Part shown: in pieces, positions 40,687 to 50,239 of the stretch | How the letters are laid out: every line of letters starts with the position of its first letter | How positions within the stretch are numbered: the first letter of the stretch is position 1 | Translations under genes and position numbers: made by a program | DNA from: Spirochaetia bacterium | GTDB lineage: Bacteria; Spirochaetota; Spirochaetia; DSM-2461 | DNA: 64,000 nucleotides | Direction of reading: 5' to 3' | Assembly (NCBI GenBank): GCA_963668315.1 | Contig: OY764216.1 | Location: forward strand, 3,104,001-3,168,000 | Notes under the pieces: generated by a model | Database searches by the model: none | What the model was told of the DNA's origin: nothing | Seen by the model: the letters and a program-made list of their open reading frames with translations, nothing else

Positions 40687-41700
40687 ATGTCAATAAAGGA
40701 CAAAATTGATACGTTCTGTATTCGCCAAAATTTTTCCGGTGTAATCTCAGTTTTTAAAGAAAATGAAGTTATATATAATAATGCTTTTGGATTGCGTGAA
40801 AGATCAAATAATCTTGAAAACAATGTTGAAACAATATTTGGAATTGCCTCAGGAACCAAAACATTTACTGCTATCGGAATAATAAAATTGATCGAAGAAG
40901 GAATAATTGATTATTCAACAACCATTGATGAAATATTTAATGAAAATCTATCCTTTATTCACTCCAAGGCAACAATAGAACAACTTCTTTGTCATACATC
41001 AGGAATCTTTGACTATTATGATGAGGAAGAAATAATTGATTTTGATAATTTTGAAGTATCAATCCCATGGTTTAAACTCGAAACACCTTATGATTATTAT
41101 CCGTTATTCGAATCTCAGAAATATAAATTCGAACCCGGATTGCGATTTTCATATTCTAATGGTGGATATATTTTTCTAGGAATAATTATTGAAAAATTAT
41201 CAAAGATGAAATTTCGGGATTTTATATGGAAAAACATTCTTGAGCCAGTTGGAATGAAGTCATCAGGATTTTATGCATTCAATAATCTTCCAGAAAATGT
41301 TGCTGTTGGTTATATAAAAGATAATAATGATTATTTATCAAACATCTATAAGTTACCTATTCGTGGAGCTAGTGATGGGGGAATGTACACAAATACTAAA
41401 GATTTAAAATTATTCTGGAAAAATCTATTTACGAATAAGATCATTAAAGAAGAAAATTTGATAAAAATGATTCATAACCAAAGAGAAAATTCAAAGAAAT
41501 CAGGTTACGGTTTAGGAATTTATACATCCATTTTTAATGATGAAACGTGTTATTCAGCAGAAGGGTGTGATGCTGGAGTTGGATTTAATTCAACATATAT
41601 CCCTTCCAAGAAAATAATAATAAATATTTTATCAAATATGACGGAAGGTGATGATGGAATGATAAAAATAATTGAAAATGAATTAGAAAGCGCTGTATAG
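40687..41700 (+). CDS. Cassette 4: serine hydrolase (class C beta-lactamase/PBP fold)
   Basis: SxxK (ASGTKTF), LLCHTSG, YSN. Confidence 0.88.
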   Translation: MSIKDKIDTFCIRQNFSGVISVFKENEVIYNNAFGLRERSNNLENNVETIFGIASGTKTFTAIGIIKLIEEGIIDYSTTIDEIFNENLSFIHSKATIEQLLCHTSGIFDYYDEEEIIDFDNFEVSIPWFKLETPYDYYPLFESQKYKFEPGLRFSYSNGGYIFLGIIIEKLSKMKFRDFIWKNILEPVGMKSSGFYAFNNLPENVAVGYIKDNNDYLSNIYKLPIRGASDGGMYTNTKDLKLFWKNLFTNKIIKEENLIKMIHNQRENSKKSGYGLGIYTSIFNDETCYSAEGCDAGVGFNSTYIPSKKIIINILSNMTEGDDGMIKIIENELESAV

Positions 41701-41775
41701 ATTAAATTTATATATATTTGATTTTTAAAATATTGTCCCCAAAAAAACAATAAAGAAAAAAGGCCACTTAATAAA

Positions 41776-42186
41776 ATGAGTAAAGTAATTTTAAAAACAA
41801 AAGGATATGTAAAGACTGGAATTGGTGACTTTTCAAAGAAGATGGAATCAATTTCCGGATTATTGGACCTATATTATACTAAAACAAAAATGAGATTTTA
41901 TCCTGGAACACTCAACATTAATATCAAAAAAGATTTTTCCTTTCCTGATAAATGTATCAGGATAGAAGGGTATGAATATGGAGGCTCAGTATCCATCAAT
42001 ATTTTACCGTGTAAGATTAATGGTGTTGATGCCTTTATATTAAGAACTGATAATAATGAAAAAGGGTTGAATAAGAATCATCCGAAATCCTTATTGGAAA
42101 TAGCTTGTAAATATAAATTAAGAGAAAAATTAAATCTATTTGATGATGATCAAGTAGAAATTGAGATATTTGCTCTAGAAATATAA
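41776..42186 (+). CDS. Cassette 4: CTP-dependent riboflavin kinase-like (DUF120) protein
   Basis: G.V.TG.G, FYPGTLN, HP...LEI....KLRE.L.L.D.D.V. Confidence 0.75.
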   Translation: MSKVILKTKGYVKTGIGDFSKKMESISGLLDLYYTKTKMRFYPGTLNINIKKDFSFPDKCIRIEGYEYGGSVSINILPCKINGVDAFILRTDNNEKGLNKNHPKSLLEIACKYKLREKLNLFDDDQVEIEIFALEI

Positions 42187-42237
42187 TACAATAAAGAAAA
42201 ACCGAAATATTTGAATTACATGGTATAATAAACCACA

Positions 42238-42334
42238 ACATAACAATGAATTGGAGCCGAATTACCTATGTCACATTTCTTGCATTCGCAAGAAATCCGC
42301 CATGAACGGTAATCAGCTCAATTCGGCGTTAAAT
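42238..42334 (+). repeat. attC 4
   Basis: ACATAAC...GTTAAAT. Confidence 0.9.
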
Positions 42335-42493
42335 GTACAAAAGGTATGATGCAATAAAATTTAAACTCAAAATTGTAAAAAAGGTTTAAAATAAGTGGAA
42401 AAAATCGCCTGGATTTTCGGCTGGTGGGCGTTATGAATATAATAATAATGAATAAGATTGGAATATAAAAAGTAAAGAGGAGAATCTAAAGAT

Positions 42494-43669
42494 ATGTCAG
42501 AGCAATTCTCAAGAAGAAAAAAAGAAGAAAAACCTGTTATAGCGATTTGCTATGATTTTGATAAAACACTTTCTCCAGACGATATGCAGGCTCAAGGATT
42601 TATACAGTCGGTAGGATATGATATTAAAACTTTTTGGGAGAGATCAAATAAGCTTGCTACTGATAATGAAATGGACCAAAATCTTGCATATATGTATACA
42701 ATGCTTCAAACATCAGTAGGAATGCAGTCTGTAACAAAAAAAGTGTTAAGAGAATATGGTGAAAAAGTGACACTTTTTCCTGGTGTAGAAGATTGGTTTT
42801 CAAGAATAAGAGATTATGGCATTGAACGCGATGTTATAATTGAACATTATATCATTTCTTCTGGTTTAAAAGAAATGATTGAAGGAACATCGGTTGCAAA
42901 AGAATTTGAGAAAATATATGCAAGTTCTTTTTATTTCGATGAATATGATATTGCGAAGTGGCCCGCACAAGCTATAAATTATACAAATAAAACTCAGTTT
43001 TTATTCAGAATTGAAAAGGGAGTTTTGGACATTAATGACCAAGGTGTAAATGATAGCTTCTCATCTAATAAAATTAGAGTGCCATTCAGAAATATAATAT
43101 ATATTGGTGATAGTGATACTGATATTCCGTGTATGAAATTAGTTAATTCTTATGGAGGTCATTCGATAGGTGTATATAATGTTGAAACGAAGGATAAAAC
43201 TAAAGTATACAAAATGATGAGGGAAAATAGAATTAAATATTTCTCGCCATCTGATTATTCTGAAGATTCAGAACTGGACAAATTAATAAAAGCAATAATT
43301 GTAAGAACTGTTTCCAATGAACAACTTGAAGTCTTACATTCAGAAAATATTTTAGAACAAATTGCTAATGATAAATCACAAAATGAAGAGACTCAAGAAC
43401 AAAATAAAGAAAGGTTAAATGGTATTTTAGCACTTGAAAGCAGTCTTAGTTTTACTAATACTCATACCGTTATTGATAAAATTAAACATATTCAAGATTG
43501 GACAGATAAAGAAATAGAAATGTTGTTAGAAATAGGAAATGAAAATAGTCAAGTATGTTATATTTTAGGGGATTTAGACGTAAGAAATTTTTATAAACGA
43601 CTTATAGAATCTCCAAATTGTAATAAAGAGACGAATAATGCAAAAAAAATTATGGAACAGATAGATTAA
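42494..43669 (+). CDS. Cassette 5: HAD-superfamily hydrolase with C-terminal helical extension
   Basis: YDFDKTL, ISSG, K, YIGDSDTD. Confidence 0.85.
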   Translation: MSEQFSRRKKEEKPVIAICYDFDKTLSPDDMQAQGFIQSVGYDIKTFWERSNKLATDNEMDQNLAYMYTMLQTSVGMQSVTKKVLREYGEKVTLFPGVEDWFSRIRDYGIERDVIIEHYIISSGLKEMIEGTSVAKEFEKIYASSFYFDEYDIAKWPAQAINYTNKTQFLFRIEKGVLDINDQGVNDSFSSNKIRVPFRNIIYIGDSDTDIPCMKLVNSYGGHSIGVYNVETKDKTKVYKMMRENRIKYFSPSDYSEDSELDKLIKAIIVRTVSNEQLEVLHSENILEQIANDKSQNEETQEQNKERLNGILALESSLSFTNTHTVIDKIKHIQDWTDKEIEMLLEIGNENSQVCYILGDLDVRNFYKRLIESPNCNKETNNAKKIMEQID

Positions 43670-43766
43670 CCTAATATTTAAACATAATTTTAATATCTGA
43701 AAAATGAGCAAGAAATTTATGAAAATCCAGACTTTAACGGCGTCGTTTTGTCTTGTAAGGAATGAC

Positions 43767-43872
43767 ATTTAACAAAGTTTTGCAGCAGTCAATTTTTTTG
43801 TCACTGTTTTTGAATACTCAAAAACATCGCCAACCCTTCGGGACAAAATTGCAGCTGAAAACGGCGTTCTGT
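43767..43872 (+). repeat. attC 5
   Basis: ATTTAAC...GTTCTGT. Confidence 0.9.
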
Positions 43873-43879
43873 TGACTAA

Positions 43880-45190
43880 GGTATGAGCCGTATACATCGT
43901 GAACAAATATCAGAGTAAATAAATTACAATTTTGGGTATGAATGTTTTATATTAGGAGAACAGACATGCCTTTGATGGAGAAGACGATTATGGATCAGAA
44001 GAAGGAATTTATCCTGCTCTGGAGTTCCAAGCGTTATACGTTCACCGGCCTGTGTCAGGACTTCAAGATCAGTCGAACAACCGGTTACAAGTATGTAAAA
44101 AGGTTTCAGACATCAGGAATGGAGGGACTAGAGCCTCAATCTCGCGCTCCCCACCATTCCCCGAACAAAGTACCAGAAGAGATTGTTAAAAGGATTATTG
44201 AGATCAGGAAGGAGCATTCCTCGTGGGGAGCGAAGAAGATTCGCTGGCGTTTGGACCAAGATGGAATTTATAATCGGATTCCCGCTCAATCAACCATTTC
44301 CATTATCCTTAAGCGAAATAATCTTATTCCGGAGAGAAAGCGTCATGTACGTGTAGAGAGGCGCTATCCTAAGTTTATAGCCAATGATTGTAATGAAATC
44401 TGGAGTGCTGATTACAAGGGAGAATTCAAAACCAAGGATAATAAATATTGCTACCCTTTGACTATCTGCGATACCTTCAGTCGCTACATCATTAAGATAA
44501 AAGGCCTCTCCCGGCCCAATTATGAGCAGTCTCAGCCAGTTTTTGAAACTGTCTTTAAAGAATATGGACTCCCTGAACAGTTGCATACCGACAATGGTTC
44601 CCCCTTTGCCAACGTCCGTGCCCTGGGGCGTTATACGCAATTCTCAGTCTGGCTGATGGAATTAGGAATCCTTCCCGTGTTCAGTGATCCTGCTTCCCCG
44701 CAGCAAAATGGAAAACATGAAAGGATGCACCGGATATTGAAAGCAGAAGCCTGTAAAGAGCCCGGAATCAGTCTTCGAAGTCAGCAGATAAAGTTTAACA
44801 AGTTTGCCAGGGAATACAATACAGAGCGACCTCATGAGTCTCTGGGGATGGTAACGCCTTCTTCAGTTTATGCGAGGTCCAAACGTCCTTATCCTAAGAA
44901 AATAGAGCCTTGGGTCTATCCTGCAGAGTATAAAGTAAGGAATATCTGCAAGAATGGAATTATTAGGGTAGGTAAGGATGACCGTATCTTTGTGGGTACA
45001 GCTTTCAAGGAAAAACAACTTGGTTTTGAAGATATTGGAGAAGGGATTTACAGGGTTTGGTTTAGAGAATTTCTGCTTGGCTATTTAAATGAACATGAGC
45101 TCAAAATCTATGATATACTAGAATATGATTACATCAAAAGGGTGTAAGTGAAGTGGGTAGATATTTGAACACTATGTGATGTTCAATACA
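43880..45190 (+). mobile_element. IS481-family element, type B copy 1 (1311 bp)
   Basis: Ends GGTATGAGCC...TTCAATACA; TSD TAA; the empty site is visible in the duplicate cassette at 48220. Confidence 0.93.
43942..45147 (+). CDS. IS481-family transposase (true start probably the second Met, MPLME)
   Basis: WSADYKG, HTDNG, QNGKHERMHR. Confidence 0.92.
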   Translation: MFYIRRTDMPLMEKTIMDQKKEFILLWSSKRYTFTGLCQDFKISRTTGYKYVKRFQTSGMEGLEPQSRAPHHSPNKVPEEIVKRIIEIRKEHSSWGAKKIRWRLDQDGIYNRIPAQSTISIILKRNNLIPERKRHVRVERRYPKFIANDCNEIWSADYKGEFKTKDNKYCYPLTICDTFSRYIIKIKGLSRPNYEQSQPVFETVFKEYGLPEQLHTDNGSPFANVRALGRYTQFSVWLMELGILPVFSDPASPQQNGKHERMHRILKAEACKEPGISLRSQQIKFNKFAREYNTERPHESLGMVTPSSVYARSKRPYPKKIEPWVYPAEYKVRNICKNGIIRVGKDDRIFVGTAFKEKQLGFEDIGEGIYRVWFREFLLGYLNEHELKIYDILEYDYIKRV

Positions 45191-45356
45191 TAAAGATTGT
45201 CGCGTTGTGTTTAAAACCCTTGAAATGACGAAAAGTACGGTATTTTCTGTTTGCCCCAGCGGAAGCAAAATATGCTGAGCCCACAGGGTAAACCAGTACT
45301 TTAAATATTTAAGTTGGAATTCCCGATTCATGATAATATGAAAAGGGAGAAAATCA

Positions 45357-45659
45357 ATGAAGAGAAAATTCGATGAAGAGTTCAAAGCGAAAGTAGCACT
45401 GGAAGCGTTAAAGGAAGAAAAAACTCTTCAGGAACTGGCTGAGGAATATGAAGTACATCCGAACCAGATCAGTATGTGGAAAAAACAGCTTATGGAAAAT
45501 GCCAGTTCCCTCTTTGTCCGAAAGAATAAAAAAGACAAAGAACTGGAAGAAATGAAGAAAAAAGAGCAGGAACTTTTCAAGCAGCTGGGTGAAGCTAATT
45601 ATGTGAACGAATTTCTAAAAAAAAAGTACAAACAACTATACGGGAAGGATTACAAATGA
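45357..45659 (+). CDS. IS3 transposase OrfA
   Basis: Protein identical to 40153-40455. Confidence 0.92.
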   Translation: MKRKFDEEFKAKVALEALKEEKTLQELAEEYEVHPNQISMWKKQLMENASSLFVRKNKKDKELEEMKKKEQELFKQLGEANYVNEFLKKKYKQLYGKDYK

Positions 45660-46489
45660 TAGAGCCGGATCATAGGAAATTGTCTGTCCGGAAGCAATGT
45701 AAAATTCTCAATGTCAGCAGGACGGCTTATTACTATGATCCCAAACCGGAAGATCGGAAAGATATAGAAGAGAAGATTCGCCTTAAAGAACTTTTCATTC
45801 AGATCCCATTCTATGGTTATCGAAAAATGGCTGAGGAATTGAATTCAGAAGGCTATAATACAAGCAGAAAGCGAGTTCGCCGTCTTATGAGAGAATTAGG
45901 CTTACGGGCTATTTCTCCCAGAAAATTTACCTCTATCCCCAATAAGCAGAATCCCATCTATCCTTATCTTTTAAAGGGAAAAAGAATCCGCTATCCCAAT
46001 CAGGTTTGGGCCACTGATATCACCTATCTTAAAATGGATAAGGGATTTGCCTACCTTGTAGCCATAATGGACGTCTGGAGCCGTAAGGTATTAACCTGGA
46101 AGATCTCTACTACTTTGGATTCTGAGTTCTGTATCGCCGCCGTAAAGGAAGCTATGGATAAATATGGAACGCCGGCGATCTTTAATACGGATCAGGGGTG
46201 TCAATTTACTTCATATGCTTTTTTGAAACCGCTCCAGGAAGCGGGAGTCAGAATCAGTATGGATGGTCAGGGAAGCTGGCGTGACAACATCTATGTGGAA
46301 CGTCTTTGGCGTAGTTTAAAATACGAGGATATCTATCTCCGATCCTATGAGAATGTCCGGGAGTTGAAGAAAGGGATACAGAAATACTTTCGCTTCTACA
46401 ACGGGAAAAGATTTCATCAGGGGCTTGGTTATTTAACTCCTGATGATGTTTATGAGTCCTTCCAGATTGGGAAGGATCAGGCAGCTTGA
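45656..46489 (+). CDS. IS3 transposase OrfB
   Basis: Protein identical to 39323-40156. Confidence 0.93.
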   Translation: MIEPDHRKLSVRKQCKILNVSRTAYYYDPKPEDRKDIEEKIRLKELFIQIPFYGYRKMAEELNSEGYNTSRKRVRRLMRELGLRAISPRKFTSIPNKQNPIYPYLLKGKRIRYPNQVWATDITYLKMDKGFAYLVAIMDVWSRKVLTWKISTTLDSEFCIAAVKEAMDKYGTPAIFNTDQGCQFTSYAFLKPLQEAGVRISMDGQGSWRDNIYVERLWRSLKYEDIYLRSYENVRELKKGIQKYFRFYNGKRFHQGLGYLTPDDVYESFQIGKDQAA

Positions 46490-46793
46490 TATCGGAGGAT
46501 TCCACTTATTAATTTTGAAAAAGTGGTTTGACACGAGGGCTCATCATAAAAATATAGGGTAGAACCCCAGTGGGAGAAGGGCTCTGGAGAGAACCTCCGG
46601 TGGAAGATTATGCGTTGGGGAAAAGATCTGAAGATTTATCATTTATGGATTTATTCAATGACCGTTAAGCGGGTAGGGTAAAAAATCCAGGTATTATGTT
46701 GAAAACAGTATAATTCTATTAAAAACGGGTTTATCATTGAAACAAGAATTTAGATGGGCAACAGAACAAGCTTTTGAAACTGACAAATCTTTT

Positions 46794-48141
46794 GATAGTG
46801 TCCAGACATGTTCGCAACTTTCCTTTCAAGAAGCCATCAAAATTCCCCATCAGGCAGCCTGACCTAATTTAATTCTTTGTTCATCTATCGATTTTTCACT
46901 GATATACCGTTTTCCCGAAGCCCAGTCTTCTGAGTATTCAATCAGGTAACAACAGACTAGTCTAAGGTAGGAGTCAATACTGGGAAAGATTCCCACAACA
47001 CGAGATCGTCTACGGATTTCCCGATTCAATCGTTCCAGTTGATTGGTAGAAGCAGTTTTCCGGCTGTCTATTTCTGAGAATTCATAATACTGAAGAGAGT
47101 CTTCTAATCCGTCTTCAAGACAAGTCATGGACTTCGGAAATTGTTCTTCAAATTCCTCTATAATTCGGTATGCATATTCACGGGCCGATTGGGAGTTCGG
47201 TTGATTCCAAATCTGCTTAATTCTGCCGGCAACAGCTTCTTTATCCCTGGCAGGAAGATGGGACAGGATGTTCCTCATAAAATGAATTTTACAGCGTTGC
47301 CAGGAGCAACCGATGAGTTCCTTTCTTATGGCGGCTTGAAGTCCCAGATGGGCATCAGAGACACAGAGCCAGGCATTTTTAAATCCTCTTGCTTTAAGAG
47401 ACCTGAACAGTTCGGTATAAGTGCTTTCTGATTCTTCCTGCATTGGTTCAACAGCAAGGATTTCTTTGAATCCTTGTGAATTAACACCAGATACAACCAT
47501 CACAGCCATATTTCTCACTCTTCCGTTATACCGGATCTTTTCATAGAGGGCATCAACCCAGATGACAGGATATTCTGAATCAAGAGATCGATAGCGGAAT
47601 TCATCTACCTGTTCATCAAGTCCCTTATTGATTTCAGAGACCTGGCTGGCTGAAATATTTTCAATGCCCAGACTCATAGCCAATTTCTCAATCTTTCTGG
47701 TTGAAACACCGTTGATAAATGCTTCCTGGACAACCTGAATCAGAGCTTGCTCGGATCTCTTCTTTTCTGTTACAAAGAAGGGAATATATCCGCCTTTTCT
47801 GAGCTTGGGGACAAGGAGATACAGTGTTCCAAGACGAGTATCAAATCGGCGTGGTCGATATCCAGAAAAATGGGTGGATCTTCCCGTAGAATGAGACCCC
47901 TTTTGAGCTCCTACTTTATTCGCCGCTTCTATTTCCATAAGCTTTTCCAGTAGCCATTTCAATAAGCTGAAAATGGGATCCGGTTCCGAAATGAATTGGA
48001 GTAGCATTTTTTCCAGATTACCATTATCATTTTCCTTAGCCATCGTTTTCTTCCTCCATGGTTTTAGTTGTGCATTACCATTCTGGAGAATTCGATGGCT
48101 TCTTTCAATAATTAAAATTGCGAACTTGATTGTACGCTATC
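46794..48141 (-). mobile_element. IS256-family element a, copy 1 (1348 bp)
   Basis: IRs GATAG.GT.CA...GTTCGCAA; 8-bp TSD AATCTTTT. Confidence 0.93.
46850..48043 (-). CDS. IS256-family transposase
   Basis: GVSTRK, WVDA, SDAHLGL, WQRCKIHF, TNQLERLNREIRRR. Confidence 0.94.
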   Translation of the reverse strand: MAKENDNGNLEKMLLQFISEPDPIFSLLKWLLEKLMEIEAANKVGAQKGSHSTGRSTHFSGYRPRRFDTRLGTLYLLVPKLRKGGYIPFFVTEKKRSEQALIQVVQEAFINGVSTRKIEKLAMSLGIENISASQVSEINKGLDEQVDEFRYRSLDSEYPVIWVDALYEKIRYNGRVRNMAVMVVSGVNSQGFKEILAVEPMQEESESTYTELFRSLKARGFKNAWLCVSDAHLGLQAAIRKELIGCSWQRCKIHFMRNILSHLPARDKEAVAGRIKQIWNQPNSQSAREYAYRIIEEFEEQFPKSMTCLEDGLEDSLQYYEFSEIDSRKTASTNQLERLNREIRRRSRVVGIFPSIDSYLRLVCCYLIEYSEDWASGKRYISEKSIDEQRIKLGQAA

Positions 48142-48219
48142 AATCTTTTTGTCATGCAAAATGCGGTTCGCATTTTTCACGCCAAACCCTTCGGGACAGA
48201 TTTGCAGCTTAAAAGGGCG

Positions 48220-48519
48220 TTCTGTTGACTAAAGATTTTCGCGTTGTGTTTAAGACCCTTGAAATAACAAAAAGTACGGTATTTTCTGTTTGCCCCAGCG
48301 GAAGCAAAAATTTAGGGTAGAACCCCAGTGGTAGAAGAACTCTGTAGAGAACCTCCGGTGGAAGATTATGCGTTGGGGAAAAGACCTGGAGATTTATCAT
48401 ATATGGATTTATTCAATGACCGTTAAGCGGGTAGAGTAAAAAAATCCAGGTATTATGTTGAAAACAGTATAATTCTATTAAAAACGGGTTTATCATTGAA
48501 ACAAGAATTTAGATGGGCA
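48220..48519 (+). other. Cassette 7: ORF-less cassette (intact twin of IS-interrupted cassette 6, 43867-46760)
   Basis: About 300 bp bounded by GTTCTGTTG / CAACAGAAC; no plus-strand ORF of 60 aa or more in the track. Confidence 0.8.
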
Positions 48520-48628
48520 ACAGAACAAGCTTTTGAAACTGCCAAATCTTTTTGTCATGTAAAATGCGGTTCGCATTTTTCACGCCAAACCCTTCGGGAC
48601 AGATTTGCAGCTTAAAAGGGCGTTATAG
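48520..48628 (+). repeat. attC 7
   Basis: ACAGAAC...GTTATAG. Confidence 0.9.
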
Positions 48629-48724
48629 TGACAAAACCAAGAAATTTAACATATTTACAAATAATATAGAGAAAAATAACACATAGAAATTGATTAAATG
48701 TAATACTATAGTTATACTTTAGAT

Positions 48725-48967
48725 ATGAAAACTGCAATATCAATTCCAGATCAATTATTCAATGATGCTGAAGTAACTGCAAAACAGTTAGGTCTAGCTA
48801 GAAGTCAACTCTATGTAAAAGCCATAAAAGAATATATTGAACATCATAACAAAGATAAAATTACCGAGAAATTGAATGAACTTTATTCAATACAGGTGAA
48901 TGATAATGAAATCTTAGATATTGGTGTTGAACAATTAAGAAAGGCTACAGAAAATGATACGTGGTGA
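48725..48967 (+). CDS. Cassette 8: RHH antitoxin (copy 2)
   Basis: Protein identical to 38378-38620. Confidence 0.87.
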   Translation: MKTAISIPDQLFNDAEVTAKQLGLARSQLYVKAIKEYIEHHNKDKITEKLNELYSIQVNDNEILDIGVEQLRKATENDTW

Positions 48968-49295
48968 AATATGGTGGGTTGATTTAGGAATTCCATTTGG
49001 AAGTGAACCTGGTTACAAAAGACCTGTTTTGATAATACAAGATGATTCTTTTAACAAAAGCAAAATACAAACTGTAATTGTTGCCTCGATAACATCAAAT
49101 ATAAATTTAGCTGATGCTCCAGGCAATATTTATTTAGAAAAAGGGGAATCAAAATTATCAAAAGATAGTGTAATAAACATTTCACAAATAACAACATTGG
49201 ATAGACAACGATTATTAGAGAAAGTTTCCATACTTTCACAAACGACAATGAATGAAGTTGATTATGGTTTAAGGCTTATTTTCAATTTACAATAA
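48954..49295 (+). CDS. Cassette 8: PemK/MazF toxin (copy 2)
   Basis: Differs from copy 1 by one residue (KEE vs KGE). Confidence 0.93.
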   Translation: MIRGEIWWVDLGIPFGSEPGYKRPVLIIQDDSFNKSKIQTVIVASITSNINLADAPGNIYLEKGESKLSKDSVINISQITTLDRQRLLEKVSILSQTTMNEVDYGLRLIFNLQ

Positions 49296-49423
49296 GAAAT
49301 AAGAAATAAGAAATAAGAAATAAGAAATAAGAAATAAGAAATAAGAAATAAGAAATAAGAAATAAGAAATAAGAAATAAGAAATAAGAAATAAGAAATAA
49401 GAAATAAGAAATAAGAAATAAGA
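49291..49423 (+). repeat. Tandem repeat (AATAAGA)x19
   Basis: Perfect heptamer array at the toxin stop codon. Confidence 0.95.
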
Positions 49424-49510
49424 AAATTTCCGCCAGAATTTGAGAAAAGCAATAAATAAGAATTAATTCTCTTTCTATAAAGAATAACCCATTGTAAAAT
49501 AAAGAGAGCA

Positions 49511-49609
49511 CTATAACAAACATTTGAACTTGATTCGCCTACTGTCATGCTTTTTGCTTTCGCAAAAACCACGCCAGCTGACGGCTCACAAGTTAAATGG
49601 ACGTTCTGT
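49511..49609 (+). repeat. attC 8
   Basis: CTATAAC...GTTCTGT. Confidence 0.9.
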
Positions 49610-50239
49610 AGATTAAGAGTGTGGTTCATTATTAAGCCATGTAAATTTCGATTTTTGAAATGCATTCTATTTTCTGCCTCCGGATGGGAGAATCGTTTTG
49701 GGCTATAAACTCCAGTGGGAGAAAGGCGTTGGAGAATTCTAATATAACCTCCGGTGGGAGATTAGCGTTGGAGTTTTCTCCATTGTATTCTGTGCCGTCT
49801 ACGCTACCTTGGGAAAAGAATAGAAATAAGGAATTTGATCCCAGGGTTGAAGTCTTGGAATAGAATCTCCGATGGAGGATTAGGCTTTGGAGTATAAGCC
49901 TCCGGCGGAAGAATAAATATGGGGCATGAAGGTGTTATATTGAAAAAATATAATCAATATTCTGCAGAATTTACCGACGCGTTCGAATAATAATATTTGG
50001 TATATAAAGGAGATATGAATTAGTTAATGAATCCGGATTATCAGAATTACACTTATGGGGATTTGATTGAAGTTAAGCAGTATCTTGAAAAAAATGATAG
50101 AACAGGACCATACAGATGCGTTATTAATGAAATATTCACTAGATTTCCAGAATTAAATTCAGAAACTAAGAATACAATAGATGTATATGAAGTTAATAAA
50201 ACTAATATGTCATTCATTATGAATCAATTATATAAATTT

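Larger units (their letters stand above)
45271..46548 (+). mobile_element. IS3-family element copy 2 (1278 bp)
   Basis: Same IRs and ORFs as copy 1; TSD AAA. Confidence 0.93.
46761..48225 (+). repeat. attC 6, split by IS256 (46761-46793 and 48142-48225)
   Basis: The two halves rejoin to match attC 7. Confidence 0.88.

Noticed and set aside
40687..41700. Bona fide beta-lactam resistance gene
   Set aside because: Has SxxK and YxN but lacks the KTG/HxG-type third motif; only the fold can be claimed
48209..48400. 63-aa minus-strand ORF in the ORF-less cassette
   Set aside because: Runs into attC, has no RBS or recognisable motif; not excluded but unsupported
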